NCBI GenBank assembly: GCA_964016885.1
Contig: OZ024746.1
Coordinates: 98,022,001-98,086,000 of the forward strand
Length of the DNA stretch: 64,000 nucleotides
Direction: 5' to 3'
Source: Eledone cirrhosa
Taxonomy: Eukaryota
The notes below the pieces were generated by a model. That model saw nothing but the letters and a program-made list of their open reading frames with translations, was not told the DNA's origin and made no database searches. The position numbers and the translations under genes were made by a program. This document shows, one piece after another, positions 25,756-39,480 of this stretch (position 1 is its first letter; each line of letters opens with the position of its first letter).

Positions 25756-25896
25756 TTATTATATTATTATTATTATTATTATAAGGCAACTTTGCTTTTC
25801 ATCCTTACGGGGTCGCTAAAATAAAGTACCAGTAATACACTGGATAATTGCTGGCTTTGTGCCAAAAGTAGAAACAATTATTATTATTATTATTGG

Positions 25897-27530
25897 CGAC
25901 TTACGTAGGAAACCGCAAAGGTTTATTGTTTTCAGTTGTTTCAAATTGCCAGTTATGGAAAACTTTGTTGTTAAGTGTTTATAAGTTGCCATATATTACT
26001 TTCTGAAAAGGGCACTAAAAAATATTGGGGCCTTGAGCCCAAAATTTAAACTTTTATAATTATCAAACAAAAACTTTCTTGAAAAAAACATGGACGGTTC
26101 TCAGCCACACAAAGCTGACAGCCTTCCTCCCTAAAGAACTAACACCTCACACCAACACCGCCATTGTAAACATTACTACGGTTGCCAACACTAAAAATAT
26201 AAGCAGTGGCAATAATTTAAATTTGTCACATGCATACATTCATTTCCCGCCATTACCAATAACTGCAGGTGTTAAAGCCGCCACCCCCACCACCACAGCG
26301 ACAACAGAAACAACAACAAAAAATTATTATCTAGTGACATCGAAATGAATTCACCCAGAATCGATTCTTCCACGCCGAACACCACTGACACCACCACCAC
26401 CACCACAACTGAAACTAAAAACAACAATAACAACAACAGCAACAACAACAACGAGAATAACAACAACAATATCAACACCAGCGCAAAACAAAATGTGTCG
26501 TTTGCCAAATCAGCGAAGAAAAGCGAAACAATCGAGGTAAGCCAGGATGAATTAAATGAAGCCAAGAGAATTGAGAATGGTAAAAAAAGATGGGTACAGG
26601 GTCAGCCTCACCTCCCCATCTAATAATATGGAGCATCGGCGCCTATACACCGTGTCATATCGGACGATAAACACAAAAAAACGGGCATCCGAGTCCCAGA
26701 TACAAAAAGCTTTGGGACATGTGTGGGCGAAAAAAACCCACATCAGACGTGGGTAGAAATATGGAACCGTGGACGTGTTCTTTGGAACCCCACAGGAAGC
26801 CAGAGAGCACTCGATGATCCCATTAAGAAGTGACGAGTTCACACTCGTCCCAAGCTATTGTGGTCAGAGACTCGTGAAGATCAGGGTGACCCACGTTCCG
26901 CCGGCCATCGGAATTCCCTGGTTAATGGCTGCCGTCCTCGCCGGCATCGAGGCCAACACGAAAATAATTGAGGTAACAAAAGAAAAGCAGGAACACTGGT
27001 CCGGATCTGGGATGGAGCTCCTGATCCAAGCGGACCAAAAAAACATTGAGGAAATTCCAGGGGTGATAGACCTCAATGACAGCAGCCATCTCACCGCAAT
27101 CGTTGAGGGTAGAAGGCCTAGGTTTGTCGTTTGTGGCGAAGGAACCGACCTAAAAGCTTTCTGCCCTCAGGCTAAAAAGTTGAGGCCACTTTCCCTACCC
27201 ATCCCAGTGACTCAACCATCAAAACCACCAGCAGCAGAAATGGAAGCAACAACTCTGAGTATGTGTCTGTAAATTGAAGGTGGAAAACTGGAAGAGGGCA
27301 TTTGCCCTGGTGGTCAGGGTCACCGTGGCTTTTTAATAGTCTTTCTCTACGAATGTCCCTCGGAAGTCTCCCCCCTATTGGGGAATTCTTCATTGTTTCG
27401 TTTTTTTGTTACATCCTCTGTTTTTTTGTTATTTTACACGCAGAAATGCCCTTTTGTACCGTCCTCTATTGTACTGTACTGTCCTTAATGTCTACTTTGT
27501 GTAAACCCTTGTGGTTAATAAAGAAAACAT
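25897..27530 (+). mobile_element. Internally deleted L1/Tx1-like LINE: ORF1 (gag-like) remnant plus 3' UTR
   Basis: Broken ORF 26345-27272 with SFA motif, RRM-like KYGTVDVFF..KIRVTHVPP and decayed zinc knuckle VEGRRPRFVVCGEGTDLKAFCP; T-rich 3' UTR with aataaa at ~27517; (TTA)n on both flanks. Confidence 0.55.
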
Positions 27531-27693
27531 TATTATTATCATTAATATTATTAGTATTATTATTGGTGTTGTTGTCATCGCTGTCTTTGTTGTTATTATT
27601 ATTATTATCGTTATTGTTATCATGTCCAGTGTATTTTTTCTTTCTAACTTAAGTCCTTCTTAATCCGAAAAGTTAGAATTTTAAATATCTCTA

Positions 27694-28375
<682 letters not shown>

Positions 28376-28994
28376 CAGATGGCGACGGCAAATCGACCTC
28401 TTCTCATTCTTCTTACGTTCCAATGTTATTGAACATCTAATAACATGGATCAATTCATTGATCAGAACTGACAAGTTATTATGCAGGAAACATATTAGGT
28501 TGAAGATGAAACTCGATAAAATGTGCTTAGTGTTTTACAATTGTAAACGAAGAAAAAAACCGAAACAAAAGTCTTTCGGTGAAGGTCTTTTGTGAAAGGA
28601 AGACATTATATCCTTCCAAATAAAGCCAATAAAAAGAAGTTACTGAGGTAACTAAATCGATAGAAGACAAGAGAGAAGTATTGCTCGCTTCAGTTCTAAC
28701 GATCGTTTCCATATAGAATGATAGACACCCACAGAATATTGAAGAACTGTAGAAGTAGGAAGTTCAAATGATACAAACCCATACTAACAGACAGACAGAC
28801 AGAGAGAGAGAGAGAGAGATAGATAGACAGAGAGAGAGACAGACAGGCATACAGACAGACAGATAGACATGCAGACAGACAGACAGACACACGCGCGGAA
28901 ACATTGTTGGGTTTCCGAAGAAGAATTGCAGTAACATCAAATCGCAGCCATGTTACAAGAAAATGAATACATGAATGTATATACATAAATACAA

Positions 28995-29009
28995 GTATAT
29001 ATATATTGA

Positions 29010-29080
<71 letters not shown>

Positions 29081-29103
29081 TATATATATATTGATATATG
29101 TAT

Positions 29104-29135
<32 letters not shown>

Positions 29136-29532
29136 CAATATATATATATACATATATCAATATATATATATAAATATATCAATATATATATATACATTTA
29201 TCAATATATATGTATACATATATCAATATATATATATATACATATATCAATATATATATATATATACATATATCAATATATATATATATACATATATCAA
29301 TATATATATATATATATTGATATATGTATATATATATATATCAATATATATATATATATATATATACATATATATATACATATATCAATATATATATATA
29401 TATATATACATATATCAATATATATATATACATATATCAATATATATATATATATTGATATATGTATATATATATATATATTGATATATGTATATATATA
29501 TATATATTGATATATGTATATATATATATTGA

Positions 29533-29580
<48 letters not shown>
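28995..29580. repeat. (TA)n-derived minisatellite with unit catatatcaa(ta)n in both orientations
   Basis: Repeated tacatatatcaatatata and its complement tattgatatatgta. Confidence 0.9.
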
Positions 29581-29703
29581 GGAGGTGAGTTTTATTGTAG
29601 TACAATAAAGCAATGCAGATATCGGATAAGAAGCACTCTACAGTTTGTAGGACTGGAGTATACATAATATATAAGATCAAAAGATGGTTAAATGAGTTCC
29701 ATG

Positions 29704-29774
29704 TATTTTATTATGCGCATTTCAAAAACAAATATCATCATGCAATAACATTTGTGTTTTCATCAGATAAAATA
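29704..29774 (-). ncRNA. Type I hammerhead ribozyme motif
   Basis: Same sequence as 17067-17137. Confidence 0.85.
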
Positions 29775-29905
29775 GGAGGACATGATATGAAGGTTAAAAA
29801 ACACTTGTGGATAGTGCAGTTTTAAATCAACATATGAAAAGTAGTTTTAGATTGATGTGTGATATTGGGAAAAAAAAATTGTTTAACCTTCATATCATGT
29901 CCTCC

Positions 29906-29980
29906 TATTTTATCTGATGAAAACACAAATGATGATATTTGCATGATGATATTTGTTTTTGAAATGCGCATAATAAAATA
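29906..29980 (+). ncRNA. Type I hammerhead ribozyme motif
   Basis: tattttat CTGATGA aaacacaaat..atttgttttt GAAA tgcgca TA ataaaata. Confidence 0.85.
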
Positions 29981-30017
29981 CATGGAACTCATTTAACCAT
30001 CTTTTGATCTTATATAT

Positions 30018-30116
<99 letters not shown>

Positions 30117-30289
30117 TACGGTAACCCTTCTACCTTTGTTTTGTTTTCATTTTCGTTTCTCTCAATTTTCACTTTTCTCCTATTTCTCACTCACTTCCTA
30201 CCTCGAGATTTCCCATCTGCATTGTTTGTGGCTTTCTAAACTACATATTTTACACATTTCACAATGCTTCAAGCAAACTTTAACACCCT

Positions 30290-30347
<58 letters not shown>

Positions 30348-30350
30348 TCA

Positions 30351-30387
<37 letters not shown>

Positions 30388-30394
30388 CATATAT

Positions 30395-30431
<37 letters not shown>

Positions 30432-30641
30432 CAAGGGATTTAATATTTTAAGATATTTTCTCTGTTTACATCCCCCTTGATTTTATATGTTCTGGTTTGT
30501 TAATTTATTAACTTGCCATTGACCCACACTGGCATACGGCCGGATTATACTTGTGTCCCTGTGTGTATTAATTACATGTAGGAACACACACCTTTATTAT
30601 ATATATTACAAACAAACCGAACATTATAATAAATGTGAGTG

Positions 30642-30752
30642 AGCATATCGAGTCAGTTAGTCGGCCGGGCGTACCAAAAACGATAAATGAAATTTCATTT
30701 TTTCCATTTAGCGTATTCGGTACGCCCGGCCGACTAACTCACTCGATATGCA
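30642..30752. repeat. ~110-nt long hairpin
   Basis: gcatatcgagt.agttagtcggccgggcgtacc ... ggtacgcccggccgactaact.actcgatatgc. Confidence 0.85.
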
Positions 30753-30828
30753 AATTATGCTGCTCGGCCGTTAATATGCATAAGGAAAGTATATACTTTC
30801 AAACGTTCATCGATTGACAGGATGGTAT

Positions 30829-30871
30829 ACGGTGCTGATGACAGCTAATAAGCGAGAAACTAGTTCATCGT
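30829..30871 (+). ncRNA. Type I hammerhead ribozyme motif
   Basis: acggtg CTGATGA cagctaataagcga GAAA ctag TT catcgt; 6-bp stem I and palindromic stem III. Confidence 0.8.
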
Positions 30872-30986
30872 TCCTTTGACAGTGTTGAACAAAAGGGCAA
30901 CGATGGTTGCCGAACACTGTACGGCTTAATTCGGGCTGTTTGTTTACAAACAAACCGAACATTATAATAAATGTTCGGTAAACCCC

Positions 30987-31440
30987 TTTGAGGCATCTCG
31001 AATCGCATACGAGAAAGTAAAGCGGGATGTGAGGAATGGCATTGCTGTTACATTTCCAGACGGCGAAGGTCCTCCTATGGCGCTGACATGCAGCGTCTGT
31101 GCGAGACTCTGCCTAAACAAAGCTAGACTCGAAAGTCATCTTCGCAGTCATAAAGTAAGACCAGTGGTTGACTACCAGGCTGCTGTTGGAGATGCTACTC
31201 ATCATGCTTGCCAAGCATGTGGTAGAGAATGTAAATCAGCAGGAGAGCTCAAACGACATGCAAAAGTACATGAACTCCAACCACAGCCGACTATTCCCAG
31301 TGAATGTTTTGGTTGCCAACTCTGTGCAAGACATTTTAGATCATTGGCTGGGCTGAAAAGTCACATTCGATCGCAGCGCTGTTAGTTGGTATTGTGTGTG
31401 TCTGTGTAGATGTGTTTATGTGTGTGCGCGTGTGTGTATA
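30987..31440 (+). mobile_element. RTE-like LINE 3' end encoding three C2H2-type zinc fingers
   Basis: FEASRIAYEKVKRDVRNG (RTE-like C-terminal helix), then CSVC..ESHLRSH, CQAC..LKRHAKVH, CQLC..LKSHIRSQ and a stop at 31385. Confidence 0.65.
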
Positions 31441-31501
31441 TATATATATATGTATATTATTATTGTTGTTGTTGTTGTCGTTATTATTGTTGTTATTATT
31501 A

Positions 31502-31910
31502 TTCCTTGAATCTCAGTCATTGATGTTAGTTAACTGAAAAGTCCGTTGGAATGAATATCAAGCCACTACCTGCAGCCTCAGATATTCAGGACGTATCGGA
31601 GGGTTCTTGCTGTTCCAAGCAAGCATGCTTTTGAAGCGTTCCAAAAAGCGTGAAGGGGCCGATTTTCTTTAACCATCCCTGGAACTTTTGGAGATAGTCC
31701 CCAGTGCGCCTATGACAATCGGGATCACTTTGACTTCATGGCAGTTCCAAATCCTTTTTACCTCCCACTTTAAGTCCTGGTATCGGTTAATTTTCTCCCT
31801 CTCCTTCTCTTGCACTCTCGTGTCGAATGGGCAGGCCACATCCACAATCAGACACGATCTTTTTTCTTTGTCCACAACCACCAGGTCAGGTCTATTGTGT
31901 TCCAGTTTCT
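31502..31910 (-). mobile_element. R4/Dong-like LINE, 5'-truncated copy A
   Basis: RLE C-terminus RPDLVVVDK..DVACPFD..EKINRYQDL..PIVIGALG, 3' UTR and (AAT)n tail. Confidence 0.9.
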
Positions 31911-31912
31911 TG

Positions 31913-31944
<32 letters not shown>

Positions 31945-31949
31945 GCCGC

Positions 31950-33134
31950 TATTCCCTGAATCTCAGTCATTGATGTTGGTTAACTGGAAAGTCCGTTGGA
32001 TTGAATATCAAGCCACTACCTGCAGCCTCAGATATTCAGGACGTATCGGAGGGTTCTTGCTGTTCCAAGCAAGCATGCCTTTTGAAGCGTTCCAAAAAGC
32101 GTGAAGGGGGCCGATTTTCTTTAACCATCCCTGGAAACTTTTGGAGATAGTCCCCAGTGCGCCTATGACAATCGGGATCACTTTGACTTCATGGCAGTTC
32201 CAAATCCTTTTCACCTCCCACTTTAGGTCCTGGTATCGGTTAATTTTCTCCCTCTCCTTCTCTTGCACTCTCGTGTCGAACGGGCAGGCCACATCCACAA
32301 TCAGACACGATCTTTTTTCTTTGTCCACAACCACCAGGTCAGGTCTATTGTGTTCCAGTTTTTTGTCCGTCTGTATCCTAAAATCCCACAGCACCTTCAC
32401 CTGATTGTTCTCCATCACCGCCTCTGGCCTATGCTCATACCATTTCTCAGAATGTGGTAAATTGTTTACTTTGCACAGGTGCCAGTGGATCACCCTGCCC
32501 ATCACATCGTGTCTCCAGCCCTTATAGTGGGTCTGGGCTAGGTGTTTACACTCGGACACAATGTGAGCCACAGTCTCCTCTCTCTCTCCACAGATCCTGC
32601 ACAGTGGGCTAGCCTCCTCCTTGTAGATATGGTGCTTCAACCACTTCGTTTTGAGGGCCTGCTCCTGCGCAGCCATTAGCATTCCTTCTGTAGCCTTTTT
32701 GAGGTCTCCTCTTCTCAACCAGTTCCATGTCTGTGGATCTCTAAATTCAGTTTTCTCAAAGAAGGTACTATGAAGGGATTTTCCCTTAAGGCTGCTCTTC
32801 CTCCTTGATGTTATTTCCTCCTTGGACATCCCCTGGCCTACTGTCCCCTCCTTCAGTACAGTTCTGAGCATTGGCTCCTTACTATAGGTCACGTATTTGT
32901 ATAGGTTGTTTTTCTCCATCTGAACACAGTCCTCTATGCTGATAAGACCTCTTCCATCCTCAGATCTCCTTAGGTAGAGTCTATCGACATCACTCCTCTT
33001 GTGGAACATGTTGTAGATAGTCAATAGCTTCCTAGTCTTCCTATCCATTTCTTTTTGTTCAGCAACATTCCATCTCAGAATTCCTGCACTGTACCTAATA
33101 ATAGACACAGCTCGGGAATTTACTGCGCTTATGG

Positions 33135-33137
<3 letters not shown>
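31950..33137 (-). mobile_element. R4/Dong-like LINE, 5'-truncated copy B
   Basis: ORF 32008-33108: RLYLRRSEDGRGL, CCHC (CRICG..ETVAHIVSEC), RHD and PD..D RLE motifs; bounded by (TTA)n. Confidence 0.92.
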
Positions 33138-33168
<31 letters not shown>

Positions 33169-33173
33169 GTTGT

Positions 33174-34775
33174 TATTCCTTGAATCTCAGTCATTGATGT
33201 TGGTTAACTGGAAAGTCCGTTGGAATGAATATCAAGCCACTACCTGCAGCCTCAGATATTCAGGACGTATCGGAGGGTTCTTGCTGTTCCAAGCAAGCAT
33301 GCCTTTTGAAGCGTTCCAAAAAGCGTGAAGGGGCCGATTTTCTTTAACCATCCCTGGAAACTTTTGGAGATAGTCCCCAGTGCGCCTATGACAATCGGGA
33401 TCACTTTGACTTCATGGCAGTTCCAAATCCTTTTCACCTCCCACTTTAGGTCCTGGTATCGGTTAATTTTCTCCCTCTCCTTCTCTTGCACTCTCGTGTC
33501 GAACGGGCAGGCCACATCCACAATCAGACACGATCTTTTTTCTTTGTCCACAACCACCAGGTCAGGTCTATTGTGTTCCAGTTTTTTGTCCGTCTGTATC
33601 CTAAAATCCCACAGCACCTTCACCTGATTGTTCTCCATCACCGCCTCCGGCCTATGCTCATACCATTTCTCAGAATGTGGTAAATTGTTTACTTTGCACA
33701 GGTGCCAGTGGATCACCCTGCCCATCACATCGTGTCTCCAGCCCTTATAGTGGGTCTGGGCTAGGTGTTTACACTCGGACACAATGTGAGCCACAGTCTC
33801 CTCTCTCTCTCCACAGATCCTGCACAGTGGGCTAGCCTCCTCCTTGTAAATATGGTGCTTCAACCACTTCGTTTAGTGGGCCTGCTCCTGCGCAGCCATT
33901 ATCATTCCTTCTGTAGCCTTTTTGAGGTCTCCTCTTCTCAACCAGTTCCATGTCTGTGGATCTCTAAATTCAGTTTTCTCAAAGAAGGTACTATGAAGGG
34001 ATTTTCCCTTAAGGCTGCTCTTCCTCCTTGATGTTATTTCCTCCTTGGACATCCCCTGGCCTACTGTCCCCTCCTTCAGTACAGTTTTGAGCATTGGCTC
34101 CTTACTATAGGTCACGTATTTGTATAGGTTGTTTTTCTCCATTTCTTTTTGTTCAGCAACATTCCATCTCAGAATTCCCGCACTGTACCTAATAATAGAC
34201 ACAGCTCGGGAATTTACTGCGCTTATGGCATTTCTGCTGTTCAGATGTGACTTCAATACGCTCCTTACTCTCCGAATGTATTCAGTTCTTAACAATTCCT
34301 TCATTTTTTTTGTTCTTTATGCCATCAGCCTCCAGAACGCCCAAATACTTGTATCCTTCCTCAGAGTCAATTTCCTTTATCATCTCACCTGTTGGTATCT
34401 GGATCCCGCTACTTCTGCTCAACCTACCCCTCCTCATCACAATGACTCCACATTTACCAATACCAAACTGCATACATATATCACTGCTGAAAATACGGAC
34501 AGTGTCAACAAGCACATCCAACTCCTTCTCACTTTTCCCGAAGAGCTTAAGATCGTCCATGAAGAGGAGGTGATTGATGGTAAGCTCTCCCCTTCCCAAC
34601 TTGTATCCTGCTCTCACTTTTCGCAGCATAATGGTCAAGGGCATTAGGGCAAGGACAAACAACAGAGGGGACAGGCTATCTCCCTGGAAGATACCTCTCT
34701 TGATCTTCACGCTTCCCAAGGATACTCCAGTTGATGTCAACTCTGTCAAGGATACTCCAGTTGATGTCAACTCTT
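33174..34775 (-). mobile_element. R4/Dong-like LINE, 5'-truncated copy C
   Basis: RT GIFQGDSLSPLLF..HLLFMDDLKLF..YKYLG, plus CCHC and RLE; frameshifts and a ~120-bp internal deletion; bounded by (TTA)n. Confidence 0.92.
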
Positions 34776-35085
34776 ATTATTATTATTATTCTTCTTCTTA
34801 TTATTATTATTATTATTGTTATTATTATGTTTTTTTTCTCGTGCAATGGCCATACTCGATAACGAGGGGGCAACAATCATGTATGTATATGTGTGAGTGT
34901 GTATATATATATATATGTATCTATGTGTAAATGTGTGTGTTTGTGTGCCATTATAATAAAAGGCACGAATGTAAAATGAAGTAGCAATGACGAAATGACG
35001 TGAAGAATAATCGCGGATTCCAACACATTTACACATTATTCTTACTATAAACCCCGTCATTTTTGATGGGGAATATTATGCTTAT

Positions 35086-35129
<44 letters not shown>

Positions 35130-35133
<4 letters not shown>

Positions 35134-35602
35134 CATGTACACGTACATACATATATGCATACAGGCATACAGTAGTATGTATATATATATACATACATGC
35201 ATATATATATATGTACGTATGGGTTTACCGAACATTTATTATAATGCTGGGTTTGTATGTAAACAAACAGCCCGAATTAAGCCGTAAAGTGTTCGGCAAC
35301 CATCGTTGCCCTTTTGTTCAACACTGACAAAGGAACGATTAACTTGTTTCTAGCTTATTAGCTGTCATCAGCACTGTATACCTTCCTGTCAATCGATTGA
35401 ACGTTTGAAAGTATATACAAACAAACCGAACATTATAATAAATGTTCGATAAACCCATACGTGCATATATATGTGTGCATGTATGTATGTATATATACAT
35501 ACTAGTGTACGTCTGTATGCATATATGTATTACATGTACATACTTATATTTAAGTATCAGCCGTACTAAGAGTGAGGAATGAAATATCAGTTTTTCCATT
35601 TG
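35130..35602 (-). mobile_element. PLE-type non-coding module (family of 30600-30990; fragments at 10195-10355 and 23840-23970) with a decayed HHR at 35335-35377
   Basis: Reverse complement of 30785-30985; CTGATGA cagctaataagcta GAAA caag TT. Confidence 0.75.
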
Positions 35603-35645
35603 TATATATATATATATTGAGAGAGAGAGACGCACCACACACACA

Positions 35646-35713
<68 letters not shown>

Positions 35714-35751
35714 ATATTAATAAATTGAAACTATATTTATAAAACCATAAT

Positions 35752-35817
35752 TATTTTATAATATATATTTCAAGGGCGACCAAGGTAAATTATGGTGCGC
35801 TTTCATCAGATAAAATA
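35752..35817 (-). ncRNA. Type I hammerhead ribozyme motif
   Basis: tattttat CTGATGA aagcgcacca..tggtcgccctt GAAA tatata TT ataaaata. Confidence 0.8.
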
Positions 35818-36166
35818 CAGATTTGTTTTATAAATAAATATTGACATACACGGAAAAAAGACAACCTCAACGGTTGAAATTCGCTGGAATTCCAGCGAAT
35901 TTCAACCGTTGAGGTTCAAATCGCACCGAGGAAACAATGTTTTTGTCGGTCTTTCCAGTTGCCTAGTACTATCTATCGGTCGCAACTCCAGGTAGAAGGA
36001 ACAACGTGAAATAAAGTGCCTTGCTCAAGGACATAACGCATCGCCCGATCCAGGAATCGAAGTCACAACCTCATATATATATATATATATATACGTTATT
36101 CCGAGTTGAATCGGAGGTAACCACAGTAAGTAAGGTACTCAATACATAGCAGAGTGTAAAAGTTTT

Positions 36167-36649
<483 letters not shown>

Positions 36650-38453
36650 ATATATGTGTATATATCTAGGAAGAGAGATAGAAAGACTAAGTGACAGAGG
36701 GAGAGGGGGCGGAGAGTGTTCTGTATGTTGGGATTGAAGATAATAACGTGTTACAAATGAAGAATATTTTATAGAGGACGAAACAAACCAAATATATTAA
36801 AAATTTGGCAATACCCAAGATATTCCCAAATGGTATAACTATATACGTTTGCCTCATATAGTTATTTATTGAACGAGATGGAACTCACAACTGTAGGGAA
36901 AAGTTGGTGATTATAGCACTTCTCACTTCCCATATGTAATTCAATAGCGAACGTTATCATATCACATAATAGCAGTGTCATAAAACTTGTGTCTCGTATT
37001 GGCGATAGAATTATGTTAAACTATGGCAGCCAGATATGTAATAAAGCAGCCTTCTGATGCAGATAAGTGTTATTCAACAGCTGAGGTTCATAGCTCTTCT
37101 GGTGTCATATGATTCAACATAACTAAAGTGTATAACCAATGTGGACTAAGGCATCACTGAATAAATAGAGAATCCGTTTTGCAAACATGACGTCTCGGGT
37201 TCGATTTCACTGCATGGCGCCTACGGGGTGGGTCTTTACCATAAACCTCTGGTCGGCGCAAGGCTTGCTGGTGAAATTGGGTAAACGGACTCGAGATCCT
37301 GCCGAATTCATTGTACCTGTAATGTAAAGGTCCAACTATAACCCCCTATTTTGTCATGCTGATTCGACTTGAGAATTAGATTACGGGTCTACGTATCTTT
37401 GAAATAATCAACAACTTCTATATGAATTCACGAGTTGGTCATTTAATTGATCCCGAAACTAAACAGTGTTAGTCCTGATCAACGGAGGATCCCTTACATC
37501 CAATATGGTACGGTATGGTCCCGTAAGTCCTGATAAAGTCGTAGGGGTGCCGTACAGGCAAAATCCCTTTAAGGCGATGCTCCAGCGTGGCTGCAGTTAA
37601 ACGAATGAAGCCTGTAATAGCTTAAAGGAGTATATCAACAACTTTAATCTTGATGTTTTTTTTAGTTTTAGAGACAATTATTTAATCTAAATATACAATC
37701 TGTTCGCTTTTACGCGAATTCGTTTTAACGCCTCTTGAGATAATGTTGACTTTGCCTTTCATCCTTACGGGGTTGATAAAATAAAGTACCTGTAATGCAC
37801 TGGGATAATTGCTGGCCTGGTGCCAAAAGTAGAAACAATTATTAAATATTCACTTTGCGCCAATAACGTGCTATAACGTGTGTGGATTTTGACTTTTTTC
37901 TTTATCAGAAATATAATACTTGAATAACATGAATTTGCTGTACACGCCGCGTCCACGAACGTATCTTCGCGTAAAAAGCGAACAGAGTGTATATATGAAA
38001 AGCAGCGATATTTAATCTGTAACTGAAATTCATACTCTTTCGTTTTTATGAACACAAGTTCGTTTCATGTACTTAAGAGTAAATACAATTGTTACTGTGT
38101 TCTTATCTGGTGCTAGGTGGAATGAAGTAGGTAAGTGGTCCACATATTTCTGTCACAACTTACTATAAAAGAAAGAATTTCAAACTTGTGATTCACCTAT
38201 ACATCAAATACCGAGCTATAAGATACCCTCAAATTAATTATATTATCAAGGCTCCTTATAAGCATGTTTTACACATACAAACATATACCAAATGAAAGAA
38301 ATTACATATCACATTTATAGTTTGACCCCCCCCCCCCCCTCTCTCTCTTTCTCCAACCCTCCCTCTCTCTCTCTCTCTTTCTCCCTCTCCCTTTCTCTCT
38401 CCCTCTCCCTATCTCTTTCTCCCTTTCCTCCTCTCTCTCTCTTTCTCTCCCCC

Positions 38454-38510
<57 letters not shown>

Positions 38511-38900
38511 CTTCTACTTCTACCAGTACAACCTGTCTCATGGTCGGGTCGTCGGCGACTAAACCGCCAACCCCACCAAGCTAGCTTGGTAAAGAGGGTG
38601 ATATTTGGACACCCTGCGGGATGAAATACAAGACCTGGAAAAGAGCGGAGGAACTCAGCAGAGTCAACGGCCATCAAAATAGTATTTTTTTTTTTTTTTT
38701 TAGAGCTGTCGTTGTATTTACCGTGGCAACCATTTGTGTCGTCAGTTCCAAAAGGTGTGGTTGGTCCTACACTAGCCTTCACCACTTAAAACAAAACTTT
38801 GTGTGGGTAGTTCAGCATCAGTTCACTTTCTCACATTTAACTTTTGTTGGACACTCATACGTCGGATATCGACGGGAGAGTCCATAATATATATATATAT

Positions 38901-39093
38901 GGAAAAGAAATCGAAAATGCAACTGGAGTCTTTTAAAGAATATTTATTTATTTCCTTTACCGGTTTCACAGTTCTTATGCTTTTCAAAAGCATTTCAATT
39001 TTACTTTTGAAAAGCAAAAGAACTTTGAAACCGGTAAAGGAAATAAATAAATATTGTTTAAAAGACTCCAGTTGCATTTTCGATTCCTTTTCC
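38901..39093. mobile_element. Palindromic module with two U3-A8 variant hammerheads (38954-38990 minus, 39004-39040 plus)
   Basis: Near-perfect 190-bp palindrome between (TA)n tracts; ctt TTGAAAA gcataagaactgt GAAA ccgg TA aag. Confidence 0.7.
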
Positions 39094-39116
39094 TTATACT
39101 TTCACTCGTAATTTTC

Positions 39117-39191
<75 letters not shown>

Positions 39192-39283
39192 TATATATTG
39201 TGAATTGCGACTCCCAAGGGAACGGGCGAAGGATTCAAGAACACCCGCTTTGTCCGTTCCCTTGTCGATTTAATTTGGATTAC

Positions 39284-39480
39284 CTCGGGAACGTAACCTT
39301 ATTATGTAAGAAGCTGTCTGATGATGTCACGGCACTGGGTACACGGAATTGTGTGGCCACTGTCGTCATTGAAATATGCATCCGAGCGCAGGTTGCAGCG
39401 AAGAAGAATCCAAGGGTTTCGTTTCCTCCGGGGAAGATTTGTATCGCGCTCCCACATAGCTCTAATCTTGTCACTGACTA
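39284..39480 (-). other. Candidate unique (host) exon or regulatory island
   Basis: Non-repetitive, CpG-containing segment; the minus-strand frame ..MHISMTTVATQFRVPSAVTSSDSFLHNKVTFP ends at AG|GTAATC (donor-like). No domain recognised. Confidence 0.25.

Larger units (their letters stand above)
29668..30015. mobile_element. Palindromic PLE-derived module with two oppositely oriented hammerheads
   Basis: The left arm (29668-29800) is inverted in 29882-30015; the left part is near-identical to 17030-17240. Confidence 0.85.

Noticed and set aside
26440-26475. Poly-Asn/Thr tract suggesting a host regulatory protein
   Set aside because: It lies within the decayed LINE ORF1 region and is a simple (AAC)n expansion.
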